From Octopus sinensis (Eukaryota), in NCBI RefSeq assembly GCF_006345805.1, contig NC_043007.1, positions 38,068,001 through 38,132,000 on the forward strand: a DNA stretch of 64,000 nt, given 5' to 3'. The notes beneath the pieces were generated by a model. It did no database searches. It had not been told where the DNA came from and worked only from the letters and a program-made list of their open reading frames with translations. The position numbers and the translations under genes are program-made. How positions within the stretch are numbered: the stretch's first letter is position 1; each line of letters begins with the position of its first letter. Positions 51,501-64,000 of the stretch are shown here, piece after piece.

Positions 51501-51869
51501 AAAAAACCTGAACAATGCAAGTATGTGCTGGCTGCAGCTTTTCTTGAGGGAACAGCTTGGAGATGATTGGGTTCCCCCAGGTAGACTTTTCCTAAACTAT
51601 CTTGCATGAACACAAGGAGGAAAAACAAATAGAACCAAGAAGGGAAACACATTTTGCTTTTATGAATCAATGATAAAATTAAAAGCCTGTACATAAATGT
51701 GCGTGTGTGCGTGCGTGCGAGTGCATAATTAGAATTTTAAAATAAAACGGCTAAAATTTTATGCAACTAACTTCATGCCAGACCATCTGCATTTATTTGT
51801 ACAAGAAAAGAAAATATATATGTGCACACACATACACACATATCACACATATGCACACATATGTGTAAA

Positions 51870-51917
<48 letters not shown>

Positions 51918-51921
51918 TGTT

Positions 51922-51953
<32 letters not shown>

Positions 51954-53435
51954 TACACATGGACAAACACAGATCTCAGTGAATATGAACACATTTTACT
52001 GTTACATTACCTTGGTTAACTTTTTTATATTTTTTGTCTCATTTGGCAAAACTCTTGAAAATCTATCCACGATCCTTTGATAAACCCAACATTATTAAAC
52101 CATTTCTTTATTGTGTTACCATTGATAATTATCACCGGAAAGTGAAAACATCACAGTTTCACATGCAACAGTTTTTGTGTACAAAACAAATGAGACATTA
52201 TTTACATAATTTTTTTTTTAATTAAAAAAAAAATTTTTTAATTAAAAGAAATTTTTTTAATTAAAACAAAAAATTTTAATTAAAAAAAAAATTCTGAGAC
52301 ATCCTGATCTGTCAAGTCTAAGTAATGAACATCAAAAGACAAAAGACCCAGTATGTCTTTCCATTTTGGAAAATTGTGGGTCAGAAAAAGGACAAAAAAA
52401 CAAGAAAAAAAAGAAAAAGAATAAACAAAGGTAATAAAAGAGAATTTGAAAGGGAAAATACATATTTTGTTTTTATAAAGAGTAAACTGAAAGTCATGCA
52501 TATGAGTCTTACAGCAATGAATCATTATTTGAAAATACAATCACAAATTTATAAAAAGGATTATGACGTTCATGGTCTTTTCAAGAGCATTAGTGAAATA
52601 GCTTCAATCACCATTGGGTTTGGGGACTTGATTCAACAGAAGCTAACAAAATTTGCTTTTACAGCATGCCCACTGCATAATAATGATTGAGCACAAGGTC
52701 ACAACATTTAGGGTAGGCATATAGTCAATTAAATCAATCCCTGTACATAACTGGTACTTATCCTATATCTATCTGGTGAGGAAGAAATATAAAATGTCAC
52801 CTCTGATGAAATTTAAGTTCAGGATGTAGAGTGACAAAAAAAAAACTAAATACTACATAGCATTTAGTCAAGCTCTCTACTAATTCCACTATACTAGTTC
52901 CTCAGAGGATTTCTTATTGTGGCTAGAGAGGGTCATTCAACACAATATTCAAATCAAGAATCTTGCAAACCAAATACAAAAACCAAGGATTTCTTATTGA
53001 TTTTTTAAAAAAATATCAATAAAAAATGTTATATACATAATCATATTAATATAAAACACATACAATTTTCCTTGTATGATTTTTATGTAAACCCCCATAC
53101 CTTATTGTAACCTGTTTTCATAATGTTCCTTTCATCCAACATTCCTGTGGCATATAATTATTATTATTATTGTTGTTCTTGTTCTTGTTGGTGTTCTTGC
53201 TATTATTATTAACAGAGGCAAAGTTGCAGAAACTGTACAATATTGCATTACTTTTAAAATTTAGTATCGCCCCACCACATGCTGTGTACATTTTCCACCA
53301 AAGGGAATTTAGTCCTTTCATAATTCAGGGATTGATTAAAGCAAATACCAGCTGTGTACTGAAGTCAATTCAATCAATTTATATATCTGTTCCCACAAAA
53401 TCTGTGGACGTGGCATTGAGACAATATAAAAAAGA

Positions 53436-53476
<41 letters not shown>

Positions 53477-54402
53477 TATTATTATGATAGGACAAGGCAA
53501 CTGGTAAGAATTGCAAAGCACTAGGTTTAATATCTTTACAATATACAAAATTCAACCTTTTACATTCTGAGTTGTGAAGATGTGTGGTTCAGCAACTAGG
53601 GTGTTGGGCTCTTGATCGTCAGGCTGTGGGTTCAACTCCTGAACTATGCAGTGCGTTATGTCCTTGAGCAAGGTACTTCATTTCACACTGTTCCAGTCTA
53701 CTCAACTGCTGGTGCAACTCTCTCTCCTTCCAGCTGTGGCATCATTGATATTCAGCTGGGTTTAAGTATGGGAAGACAGAGAGTGTGAATACGTCTGCTC
53801 ACAACTACATGGGAACCTAAAACATTTAGCGAAAGCATGGCACAAACTACCAGGTCATACTCACTTGCAAGTGACAGCTAAACCCAGCACATTCTGAGTT
53901 TGAACTGTTTTACATTGCTAGTGAGGGTAATCATGAAAGTAAGTACCAATCATATTTTATGATTCATTTAAACAACAATATGTTCCATACCACATTTTTC
54001 CAAAGAATTAGATTTGCACCTAGTCAAAAATAAATCATTAATTAGAATGTCATTATTATTATTAATATCAATATTAATAGCATTATTATTATTATTATTA
54101 CTAATGTGTTTAATTACTCATGACATGTGGAGTATATGTGTTAGAGAACAAGTTTCAAGTGTTATTTTTTTTTCTTTAACTTTTTTCAAGATTTTCTTTT
54201 CAAATTCTTTTATTTTGGTGAAAAACGATTTATTTTGAAGCTTAGAAAATAAAATCATCTAACAAAGAAAAATAGCTTTTTGTGGTTTGCACAAATATTA
54301 TTTTGAATATAAATAGATACACACATTCATGTGTGTGTATGTGTGTGTATATATATAAACATATACATATACACATATATATACATATATGTATACTGTA
54401 TC

Positions 54403-54481
<79 letters not shown>

Positions 54482-55136
54482 AGTATACTTACACACAGTG
54501 ATTCAAAAGTCGTTTTAGTATTTTAATATTGTTTGTTATTTAAATGCTAAAAGAATTTCTGAATCACCCTGTGTATATGTGCAAGTGAGATAATAGGATT
54601 CCATATCCATACCATAAAGAATTGGCAAAGCCAACATCATTTGGAAGCAACTGAAATGATCATCAGTGGGTGTGATACCTAAAAGCTTAGTTAACACACT
54701 CATAGATGTACATATATCAAAATTTGCATACTTTCACAACACGCATGTATTTGAGCACCCTTTTATGTGTTTGTTGGAGAAAACCAAAGACAACATCCCA
54801 CGTATGTGTGTGTGACTTTGTGTGTGTTTGCGTATGTGTGTGCGCGTGCATGTGTAAGGAGCATAGTTGGACGTTGTTGTTTTTTTTTCACGCAAAAAAC
54901 AATAATCGAATGGTGCTCAATACACACTTGTGGGGAGTCTCATAGAGTATTTAGGAACTTGTTTCATGCTAGTGCTCAGGTATTCGGACACAGTGATCTT
55001 CAGCAGATTTCCAAGGACACCAGTGTGAAACCATTAGCTTCCTCAACTGATGTGGAAATCTGTTGAAGTTCACTGTGTGCAAATACTTGGGTACTAGCAC
55101 GAAACCATAATATAGATGTAACAACAGTTACTAGAC

Positions 55137-55184
<48 letters not shown>

Positions 55185-55748
55185 CATCTTAGGTGTCAGT
55201 CTATATATCCCAGATACCAATCTATCACAGGAAAATTTCCCAGAAAAACCAGGAGTCTGGCCCAGACATCTAGGCTAACTGAACACAGTGTAGAACATAG
55301 TGCCTTGCCCCAGAAACACAACAAAACTCTTACAGCATACTTGAATATACAGTCCTTGAACCAGCAGTCCGAATATCTTATCCACTCAGCTATTTTGTCT
55401 TTACTATAAACAAGTGTGTATGTGTGTATGTGAGTAAGTGAGAGAGCAAGTGTATGGATCAGTGTATGTGTATATATGTGAATGTGTAGGAGTATTTGTT
55501 TTCTTTTTATCTGTTAACTAAAATTAATTTAATATGAATTAGTGGATAAGATAAGGGCAGAACATAGGTAAAAAAAAATATGTGGAAAAGAAAAAAAAAT
55601 CAAAATGTTAAAAAACCCCAGACAACTCAGGTTGATAGAGATAGAGAAAAAGAGAGAGACAGAGAGAGGGAGAACAGAGAGAGCAACAGACAGACAGAAT
55701 GAACAAAAAAAAACAATAAAGTAGAAGTTATTTCACAGACGTTATTCT

Positions 55749-55820
55749 TTAAGCAGTATGTTTCAGCTTCTCTTCTATCCATTCCACTGTGAACTCATCA
55801 GTACTTCGAACATCAAAAAC
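55749..55820 (-). CDS. GMFB: Glia maturation factor terminal exon
   Basis: 72 nt, VFDVRSTDEFTVEWIEEKLKHTA-stop, resembling GMF VFEIRNTEDLTEEWLREKL; ttgcag acceptor. Confidence 0.9.
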   Translation of the reverse strand, partial: VFDVRSTDEFTVEWIEEKLKHTA

Positions 55821-56349
55821 CTGCAATGAAAAATTAACTATAATAAATATGGGAATACATTAAATATTTACAGCCACATCTAGTTAAAAACACTGGTTCT
55901 CATTTGACCACTGAAGTAAAGTAAGGTTGAGCTTAGTTAATACTTAGACTGGTGGTTTTATTTTGGAGACCCAGGTGCTCTATGCCCAAGAAGTTCGCTT
56001 TGTTACCACATACTTCTGAGTTTGATCTCACCATGGGAAATCATGTTCTATTGCATTCATTCTTCTTGTTGTTATTGTCATTATTATTATTATTATTATT
56101 ATTTGCCGGTGGCATGTGTAAAAAGATTCGAACAAGGTCGTTGCCAGTACCGCTTGACTGGCCCCCGTGCCGGTGGCACGTAAAAAACACCCGTTACACT
56201 CTCGGAGTGGTTGGCGTTAGGAAGGGCATCCAGCTGTAGAAACTCTGCCAGATCAAGATTGGAGCCTGGTGCAGCCATCTGATTCGCCAGCCCTCAGTCA
56301 AAATCGTCCAACCCATGCTAGCATGGAAAGCGGACATTAAATGATGATG

Positions 56350-56681
56350 ATGATGCTGCTTCAGGTCACTGCCTGGAATCAAACTCGGAATCTTGAGGTT
56401 AGTAGCCCGCGCTCTTAACCACTACACCATGGGCATATGATGTAGTGGTTAATAATAATAATATTAATAATAACAACAACAACAACAACAACAACAACAT
56501 TGAAAAATACCTTAAGAATGAGAACCCAGGTTTAAAATTTCCCCAAGACACCTGATGAAGTGCTGGAGGGTATATCAGCCGAAACATTGTGTTAACAACA
56601 AACAAGAGGAGGACAAATATCCGTCAAATGTAAATAATGTAATTAATGTACATAATTCCTCATCTCTTAAATATAGAACTG
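56350..56681. mobile_element. Head-to-head element: tRNA-like head plus Penelope-like tail with a hammerhead motif
   Basis: Minus-strand head ggtgtagtggttaagagc...gagtttgattcc; plus-strand tail acac-CTGATGA-agtgctg...cagcc-GAAAC-att-gtgt at 56548-56592. Confidence 0.75.
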
Positions 56682-57739
56682 TAAAAAAATAGCATATTGA
56701 TTCTGGCGAATTCTTGAGTTTTAAGATTATCTCCCTTCCTTATTCAAATTTGGTTACAACTGCTACCAGGAATTTGTTACCTTCTCTCCAAGTAAAGATA
56801 ATTTCAGCAAATCATGTTAAATCGTGTGTTGAAACAGGTTTTGTTGTCTCTTGTGAAGGTTAATTAAGCCAATTAGAAATATGCGCACTAGTTCTATTTC
56901 ACTTCTTTTATTATAATTAACCAATTTTAGGTGGTGAGCTACCAGAATCCTTAGCATGCTGGACAAAATGCTTAGCGGCATTTCATCCATACTTATGCTC
57001 TGAGTTCAAATTCCACAGAGGTCAACTTTGCCTTTTATCGTTTTGGAATTGATGAAATAAGTACCAGATGAACACTGGGACTGGTGTAATATACCAACCT
57101 TCTTCCTACAAAATTTCAGGCCTTGTGCCTATAGTAGAAAGGATTGTTAGGCATAATATTCTATCTTAGACTACATTACCCAATGCAACTTTCCCTTTTT
57201 AAGACATCATCATTATTCACTCATTTAAAACTATTATCTGATGTCAAGAAAAGGAGATACAAACATACACACACATGCATATATATACATACACCAAAGT
57301 TCTTTAAGTTTCCGCTTACCAAATCCATTCACAAGGTTTTGGTCAACTTGGGACTATAGTAGATGCCCAAAGTGCTATGCAGTGTAACTGAACCTGAACT
57401 GTATGGCACCTTGGACAAATGGAGTGTAATTTGATGAAGATTTGGCTGTTATCTCCAACAAATCAAATGATCACCTGAAAACTTTGGATTGCCATTATAA
57501 AATCATTTAGCCTCAAAGTCAGGCCTGGTTGAATTGACACTATCAGAGGCATTTCAGCCATAAGCACCTGGCCTTTTTGTACATCTAAGGAACAAACTGT
57601 CTCATGTGTCTTTCTTGTATTGAGAATGGGGTGTGATTTGGTAAAGATTTAGGCACTCTCTAACTAATCAAGTAACAACCATACAGACTCCTCTGTTGTC
57701 TGTGTCATCATCAGTATTGTATCAGTTGTCTACTTTTCC

Positions 57740-58226
57740 ATGTTTGGATGGGTTAAATGTAATTCATTGAGGACACATATGACAGACCAACAACATCAGC
57801 AATGCTCATGCACAAGCTGATGAATTTTCTCTTCATTTCTGGGGGTGATACTTGTGGCAGGTCTTCCAGGGACATTCTTCCATTTTTGAAGTACCCGCAC
57901 CACTCAAAACATTGTATACGACCCGTCGTCACATCACTGGAGGCTGGCTGAAGCATACTCAATGTCTCTGTAGCAGACTTCCCAAGTTTAACACAAAATT
58001 TCATGTTGGTTCTTTGTTCCAACTTCCTGTCCATGACAAAATCACAGACTACAACATACACATGACCATAAAAAAAAACAAATTTCACAACTTGCGAAGT
58101 AAGCACAGCTATGTCACTTGCCACATCGCCTCATGAAGGTCACTGCTAGCTCTCACTGCACAACCATGTGCTGCCATCTGTTGGCATGCTACAGAACTAG
58201 TCCAGGAACTTCTTGATACTACCACA
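57740..58226 (-). mobile_element. Mariner 5' fragment
   Basis: MDRKLEQRTNMKFCVKLGKSATETLSML...CFEW..YFKNGRMSLED; TIR-like gtggtagtatcaagaagttcctggact. Confidence 0.85.
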
Positions 58227-58229
58227 TAG

Positions 58230-58295
<66 letters not shown>

Positions 58296-58327
58296 CACAC
58301 ACACATATATATGTATGTATATACATA

Positions 58328-58590
58328 CAGTTCTGTATTTAAGAGATGAAGAATTATGTACATTATTTACATTTGACGGATATTTGTCATCTTCTTTGTT
58401 GTTAACACATTTCGGCTGATATACCCTCCAGCATTCATCAGATGTCTTGGGGAAATTTCAAACCTGGGTTCTCATTCCTAAGTTATTTTTCGATGTTGTT
58501 ATTCTTCTTCTTATTATTATTATTATTATTATTATTATATTTATTATTCAGGTCACTGCCATATGGTGTAGTGGTTAAGAGCGAGTGCTG
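58328..58590 (-). mobile_element. Second copy of the tRNA-head/hammerhead element
   Basis: Reverse complement of the 56440-56681 tail, plus a partial opposite head atatggtgtagtggttaagagcg. Confidence 0.75.
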
Positions 58591-58934
58591 CTGGATTGGC
58601 TCCCGTGCCGGTGGCATATGGCTGATGCCAGTGCTGCCTCACTGTTTCCCATACCAGTGGCACATAAAAAGCACCATTCGAGTGAGGTCAATGCCAGTGC
58701 CTCCTAACTGGCGCCTGTATTGGTGGCATGTAAAAAGCACCCACGATATTCTTGGAGTGGTTGGCATTAGGAAAGGCATCCAGCTGTAGAAACCTTGCCA
58801 GATCAGATTGGAGCCTGGTGCAGCCTCCTAGCTTGTCAGTCCTCAGTCAAACTGTCCAACCCATGGTAAGCAGACATTAAACGATGATGATATATATACA
58901 TACATATACACATGTGTATAAATATACATACATA

Positions 58935-59791
58935 TGAGGTCTGATCAATAAGTACCTAGACCATTGCCATTGTAATGAAGTTAAAGTATGCAGAGTGAAG
59001 CTGCTTGACAAAGATTGACCTCAAAAGCTGCTGTGCATGTGCACTAAGTTTTACCATTCTAACTCACTTCCACTGTTTACAGCAGTACTTGGAAGGAAGG
59101 AGTGTAACGTATAATCGTCGCATTGATAATGACAGAGAAAGTTGTTATGGCGGTACTGCTCAGAGGCCCATGCAATGTTACAGAAAGTGTATGGAGAAGA
59201 GTGTATGGGCCACACACAAGTGTACGAATGATTCAGACGTTTCCAATATTGACGAACGTTCTGGGAGACCCACAACCAGCAGAACTGAGAAAAACATTGC
59301 AGATGTGATGCAGCATTGAAGGGAAATCATCGAATCACCACCCATGAGTTATCAGAGCATGTGCAGATTAGTTATGGCTCAGTTCAGTCCATTATCACTG
59401 AAGATTTGATTATGTGACACATGTCTGCCATATTTGTGCCAAAACTGCTTTCAGCTGACCAAAAAGACACTTGGGTTTCAGTTGCACAAGATTACCTTGA
59501 GTGTGTCAAGAATGATGAAAACTTTTTGAAAACTTTGTGTAGGCTTTTGAGCAGGTATCACCAAGCTTTTGGCAAAATTTGATGCAGATTCTCTGCTCAG
59601 CTTTCTCTGTCATGGTCAGTGTGACAATCACACGCTACACACCTTCCTTCCAAGCATTGCTGTAAAGAGTGGAAGTGAGCTAGAACATTAAAACTTAGTG
59701 CGCATGCAAGGTCAATCTATGCCAAGCAGCTTCACTTTGTGTGCTTTAACTTCATTACTATTGCAACAGTCTGGATACTTATTGATCAGAC
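58935..59791 (+). mobile_element. Non-autonomous mariner with about 200-bp inverted ends
   Basis: gaggtctgatcaataagta / tacttattgatcagac; internal DERSGRPTTSRTEKNI...FVPKLLSADQK remnant. Confidence 0.85.
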
Positions 59792-59810
59792 ATACACACT
59801 CACACACACA

Positions 59811-59848
<38 letters not shown>

Positions 59849-60878
59849 CAGACTTCTGCACAGTAGAAGACACACGCCTTAAGAGCTGTGCAGTGATACT
59901 GAACCTAAAGTCATGACATTACGATATTAATTTCTTAAATACATAGCCATAGGAACATAATATGTATATGTTTAAAAAAAACACTTTACTAGGACATACA
60001 TGCAGACACTGACACATACACACACATGGACATAGATGTAAATGATATAAATATTTAAAAACCTCTCCCACACACATAGAGCAACACGGACACATACATT
60101 TATACATATATGCATATATGTCCATGTTTGTGTGAGTATATACACACACACACCCACATACGTATACATTGACAAAAATATGTAATGAATGTTTAAAGTC
60201 ACTTTCCATATGACACACACACACAATCACACAGACATACAAACACACATACAAATATACACATACAGATACACCGCCCAACAGAGGAATACATTACACA
60301 GATGTTTGAAAACCACTCTACTAATGGCATACTTCTACACATTCACACTGACATATACACACACACAGTTTACAGAGAAGCATAGCATAAATGCTTAAAA
60401 GCCACTTTACTTATTGCACTCAGTTAGAGACACTGACACACACACATACACACACATACATTCATTCAGACACATTCGTAAACAGAAATTTAATTGTTGA
60501 TGGTTATAAACTATTTTAATTAATGTAGTATATAACACAAACATTTACTGATCGTCATCATCTTCGCTATTAGCTTTATATATACATACACACACACACA
60601 CACACATATATAAACAAAATAAATGCGCCTAGCCAAGCTCATGGGCCCGGTTTCCTGGTTTCAATGGTGTATGTGTTCCCCAGCTGGACGGGATGCCAGT
60701 CCATAGCAGCGTTACTCATTTTTGCCAGCTGAGTGGACTGGAGCAACGTGAAATGAAGTGTTTTGCTCAAGAACACAATGCGTCATCCGGTCCAGGAATG
60801 GAAACCACAATCTTACGATCATGATGCCGACATCCTAACCACTAAGCCACGTGCCTCCACATATATATATATATATAC

Positions 60879-60944
<66 letters not shown>

Positions 60945-60949
60945 CATAC

Positions 60950-60987
<38 letters not shown>

Positions 60988-61168
60988 ATATGTATGTATA
61001 TATATATATATTATATATATATATGATGGGCTTCTTTCAGTTTCTGTCTACCAAATCTACTCACAAGGCTTTGGTCAGCCCAAGGCTATAGTAGAAGACT
61101 GAACTCAGAAGAATGTGGCTGGGAACCAAGTTTCTTACCACACAGTTATGTGTGTGCCTACACACACA

Positions 61169-61213
<45 letters not shown>

Positions 61214-62370
61214 TACGTGTGAGCGTGTGTGTTTATTTTCTCTGGGAGGATGGATAGCATGATTCAAAATCACAACAGCTTTCTCAATTCTCAATGGTAT
61301 AACCCAGTATTTCTAAATGTTATGGTTAGGATTTCTTGCAGTTGGATGTTATTTCATCTACTGAACAAGATCTCCTACTCTCTCCACTCTTTCTTTCTTC
61401 ATCCTTCTCCCTTTCTCCAACTTTCTCTGTTTTTTAATTTACTCTAGCAACTGCTATCTGGATGAATAAACACTTGTAAAAAAAGCAATGGAACTACACA
61501 CACACATTGCTTGGCATTTAGGGTTTTGGTCACCAAGTCACCATTCTTCATTATAAATAGTATAGTGTCTCTCACCTCTGTTTTTGTTTTTGTTTTTTTT
61601 TTGCTTGTGGTGGTGGCAGGGGTTAGGCACATCACACTGCACAAACTAACACCACTACCAGACCCATGTAGATCTTTAGCAAAGTTTCTGTTACAATAAT
61701 TTCAACCAAGCTCCCAGCTGAAGGGTTTTTGTGACCTCTAGACAACACAATCACCCTTTACAGATTCTCCAAGATGAAAAATCAAAAACAAAACAAAAAC
61801 AGACTAAACTTGTTATTTTTCTCTCCTCTTCTCTAACACCTATAGACTTTGTTCTATTCCAGAACTTACACATCCCCTCTTACTACAAAGCAAGTCTCAC
61901 TGCCTGTTTTTCTGAAAGACACCAATTTCAGAGAACCTGTAAAGGCCAAAGTTACTGGCCCCTCCTCAAGATACTTGAAAGACACCATAAAAGAAAAAAA
62001 GGAGATAAAATGATTTCTTTATATATCTTTTCTACTATAGGCACAAGGCCTGAAATTTTATGGGAAGGGATTAGTTGATTACATCAACCCCAGTGCACAA
62101 CTGGTGCTTACTTCATCAACCCTGAAAGGATGAAAGGCAAAGATGACCATAGCGGAATTTGAACCTAGATATATATATATAAACAAATACATCTATAGAA
62201 TACGTACAGGCAGTCACAAAGTCATAGACAGAGTGAGAGGAGTAGATCACACCGATATAGACAGAGACAGGAAGAGAAACAAAAAGATAGAGATGGAGAG
62301 AGAGCAACACACACACACACAAGCCAATAAACAACCAGATAGCCAAGACAGAAACTGAAATCTCACAAAC

Positions 62371-62444
62371 CTTGGTCATTTCCAATTCCTTTGTTAGTGC
62401 TCTCACTGATCCTGCATAAAGCATCTGTTGCTCGGGTTTACAAC
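62371..62444 (-). CDS. GMFB: Glia maturation factor penultimate exon
   Basis: 74 nt, (G)CKPEQQMLYAGSVRALTKELEMTK; cttcag acceptor, GT donor. Confidence 0.93.
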
Positions 62445-62839
62445 CTGAAGAACAAACAACATAATATTATAAATCAATGCAAAGAAATACATTTCAGAAA
62501 ATTAACAGTTGGAAGAATTTCTGATGATAAATGATAACAATGATGATGGTGATGGTGGTGATGGTGATGATGACAATAATGACAGTAGTGCTACTCCTCC
62601 TCCTCCTCTTATTATTAAGTTCTAGGAAGAAAATTGTTATCATTTGGATGATGAATGATGAGGAATTGGCAACGTCTTGTATGTGAATTTTTCCCGTTAG
62701 TTGTGTTTCTGTTAATATTCCCAATAACCAGACATGTTTTCAGTGAAGATTGGAAACCACGCACACTACTTACATGATAGTGATGCTCATTTACAACTAT
62801 TACGCAAAGCCACGGCAAGAAGACAGAAGCATACATACC

Positions 62840-63150
62840 ACACACACACACAATGGGCTTCTTTCAGTTTCCATCCACCAAATCCACTCACAAGGCTTTG
62901 GCCAGCCCAAGGTTATAGAAGGAGACACTTGCCTAAGATGTCATGCAGAGAGACTGCATGTGAAACCCACATGCAATCGAACTCACACACACACACAATG
63001 GGCTTCTTTCAGTTTCCATCCACCAAATCCACTCACAAGGCTTTAGCCAGCCCAGGGTTATAGAAGGAGACACTTGCCCAAGATGACATGCAGAGAGACT
63101 GCACGTGAAACCCACATGCACACGAACTCACACACACACACACACACACA
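62840..63150. repeat. 145-bp tandem duplication of a SINE A fragment plus (CA)n
   Basis: aatgggcttctttcag at 62852 and 62997. Confidence 0.9.
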
Positions 63151-63576
63151 CATTAAAATACTGACTGTAGCTAATTAGATTCCTAATTGTCTACTTATGC
63201 CAACTTGTTTACTTCAATTCCAGTGATTATCTTTGATTACTTATGTGTTTGTTTATCTGTATACTAGCCAGATTTTTCTCTCTGTTGATTGTCTCTGATC
63301 TTTTTTTATTCATTATTACTCTCTCTCTCTCAATCCTACCTATCTATCTATTTCTAAGAATTGATTATATTATTGTTTTACCTAGCATCCAAATCTTTCC
63401 GTCTTCAGTATTCTGTATTTATTTACTTGCCAAACCTAAAATTATAAACCTCATGCTTACCACATCAAGTGTGTTAGCGCTTGCTTTTCCTCATACCAAA
63501 CCAGCGACCCATCTTCCTGCCTGGCATCCTGCCTGACTGTTAGTTTATAGATTGGAATAAATCAAAGTGTACTCAC

Positions 63577-63708
63577 CCTGTGGGCTGACGAAGATGAATA
63601 TCAGAGGATATGATACACGACCATCATCATGGTTATACACATAGCTGAGAACAATAAACCGGGGTTGTGAGACAGGTAACTCTTCCTGGATCTCATCCAT
63701 TGTACAAT

Positions 63709-63709
<1 letters not shown>
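63577..63709 (-). CDS. GMFB: Glia maturation factor (ADF-H domain) internal exon
   Basis: 133 nt, [44 protein letters not shown](G), matching the GMF signature ELP..QPRF...SY...[10 protein letters not shown]; GTGAGT donor. Upstream exons lie outside the window; beta versus gamma is not resolvable. Confidence 0.93.
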
Positions 63710-63758
<49 letters not shown>

Positions 63759-63885
63759 TATAATAATATAATTATAATAAAATATAAGGAGGAGGGGGAG
63801 GGGAGGGGGAAAAGAAGAAGAAGAAGAAGAAGAAGAAGAAGGAGGAGGAGAAGAAGAAGAAGAAGAATGTAGAGCTGTTATAAAA

Positions 63886-64000
63886 GGCACAGCCAGAATA
63901 ATCAGGAAAGTATTAGATAGCTGAAAAGAAGGAATAGCATGATACCGTAGGCTGTTACAAAAGGTTTGCCTCCTTGGAACAGCCAGAATAATCAGGAAAG
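63886..64000 (+). mobile_element. Tandem 3' ends of an R4/Dong-type LINE
   Basis: QKVCLLGTARIIRK(VLDS*) resembles the Dong/R4 C-terminal LLGTARILRKVL; cagccagaataatcaggaaag appears twice; sits beside (AAG)n/(TAA)n. Confidence 0.7.

Noticed and set aside
56355-56433. Functional tRNA gene
   Set aside because: A/B boxes are present, but there is no convincing acceptor stem or cloverleaf, and it is joined to a repeat tail. SINE heads at 12530-12604 and similar sites were rejected likewise.

Overview
AT-rich, microsatellite-dense eukaryotic DNA, most likely octopus (coleoid cephalopod); this is inferred from the SINE repertoire and was not checked by a search. Two spliced minus-strand genes are supported. 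One is a complete 7-exon cardiolipin synthase CRLS1 (36434..22615, 392 aa). The other is the last three coding exons of glia maturation factor (63709..55749). The rest is repeats and transposon relics: about four tRNA-derived SINE families, mariner, Tigger/pogo, hAT, Merlin, piggyBac-type MITEs, a Helitron-like element, a Gypsy remnant, a solo LTR, and RTE, R4/Dong, CRE-like and CR1-like LINE pieces. The most striking unexplained structure is a set of about five sequence-distinct, Penelope-like short elements carrying minimal hammerhead-ribozyme motifs. Several are arranged as head-to-head palindromes in or beside microsatellites, and one is fused to a tRNA-like Pol III head. Also notable are a 28S rRNA D1 fragment inserted without target-site duplication into a Merlin transposase, and several long inverted repeats inside the CRLS1 and GMF pre-mRNAs. 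Repeat boundaries were read by eye and are approximate unless junction sequence is quoted.
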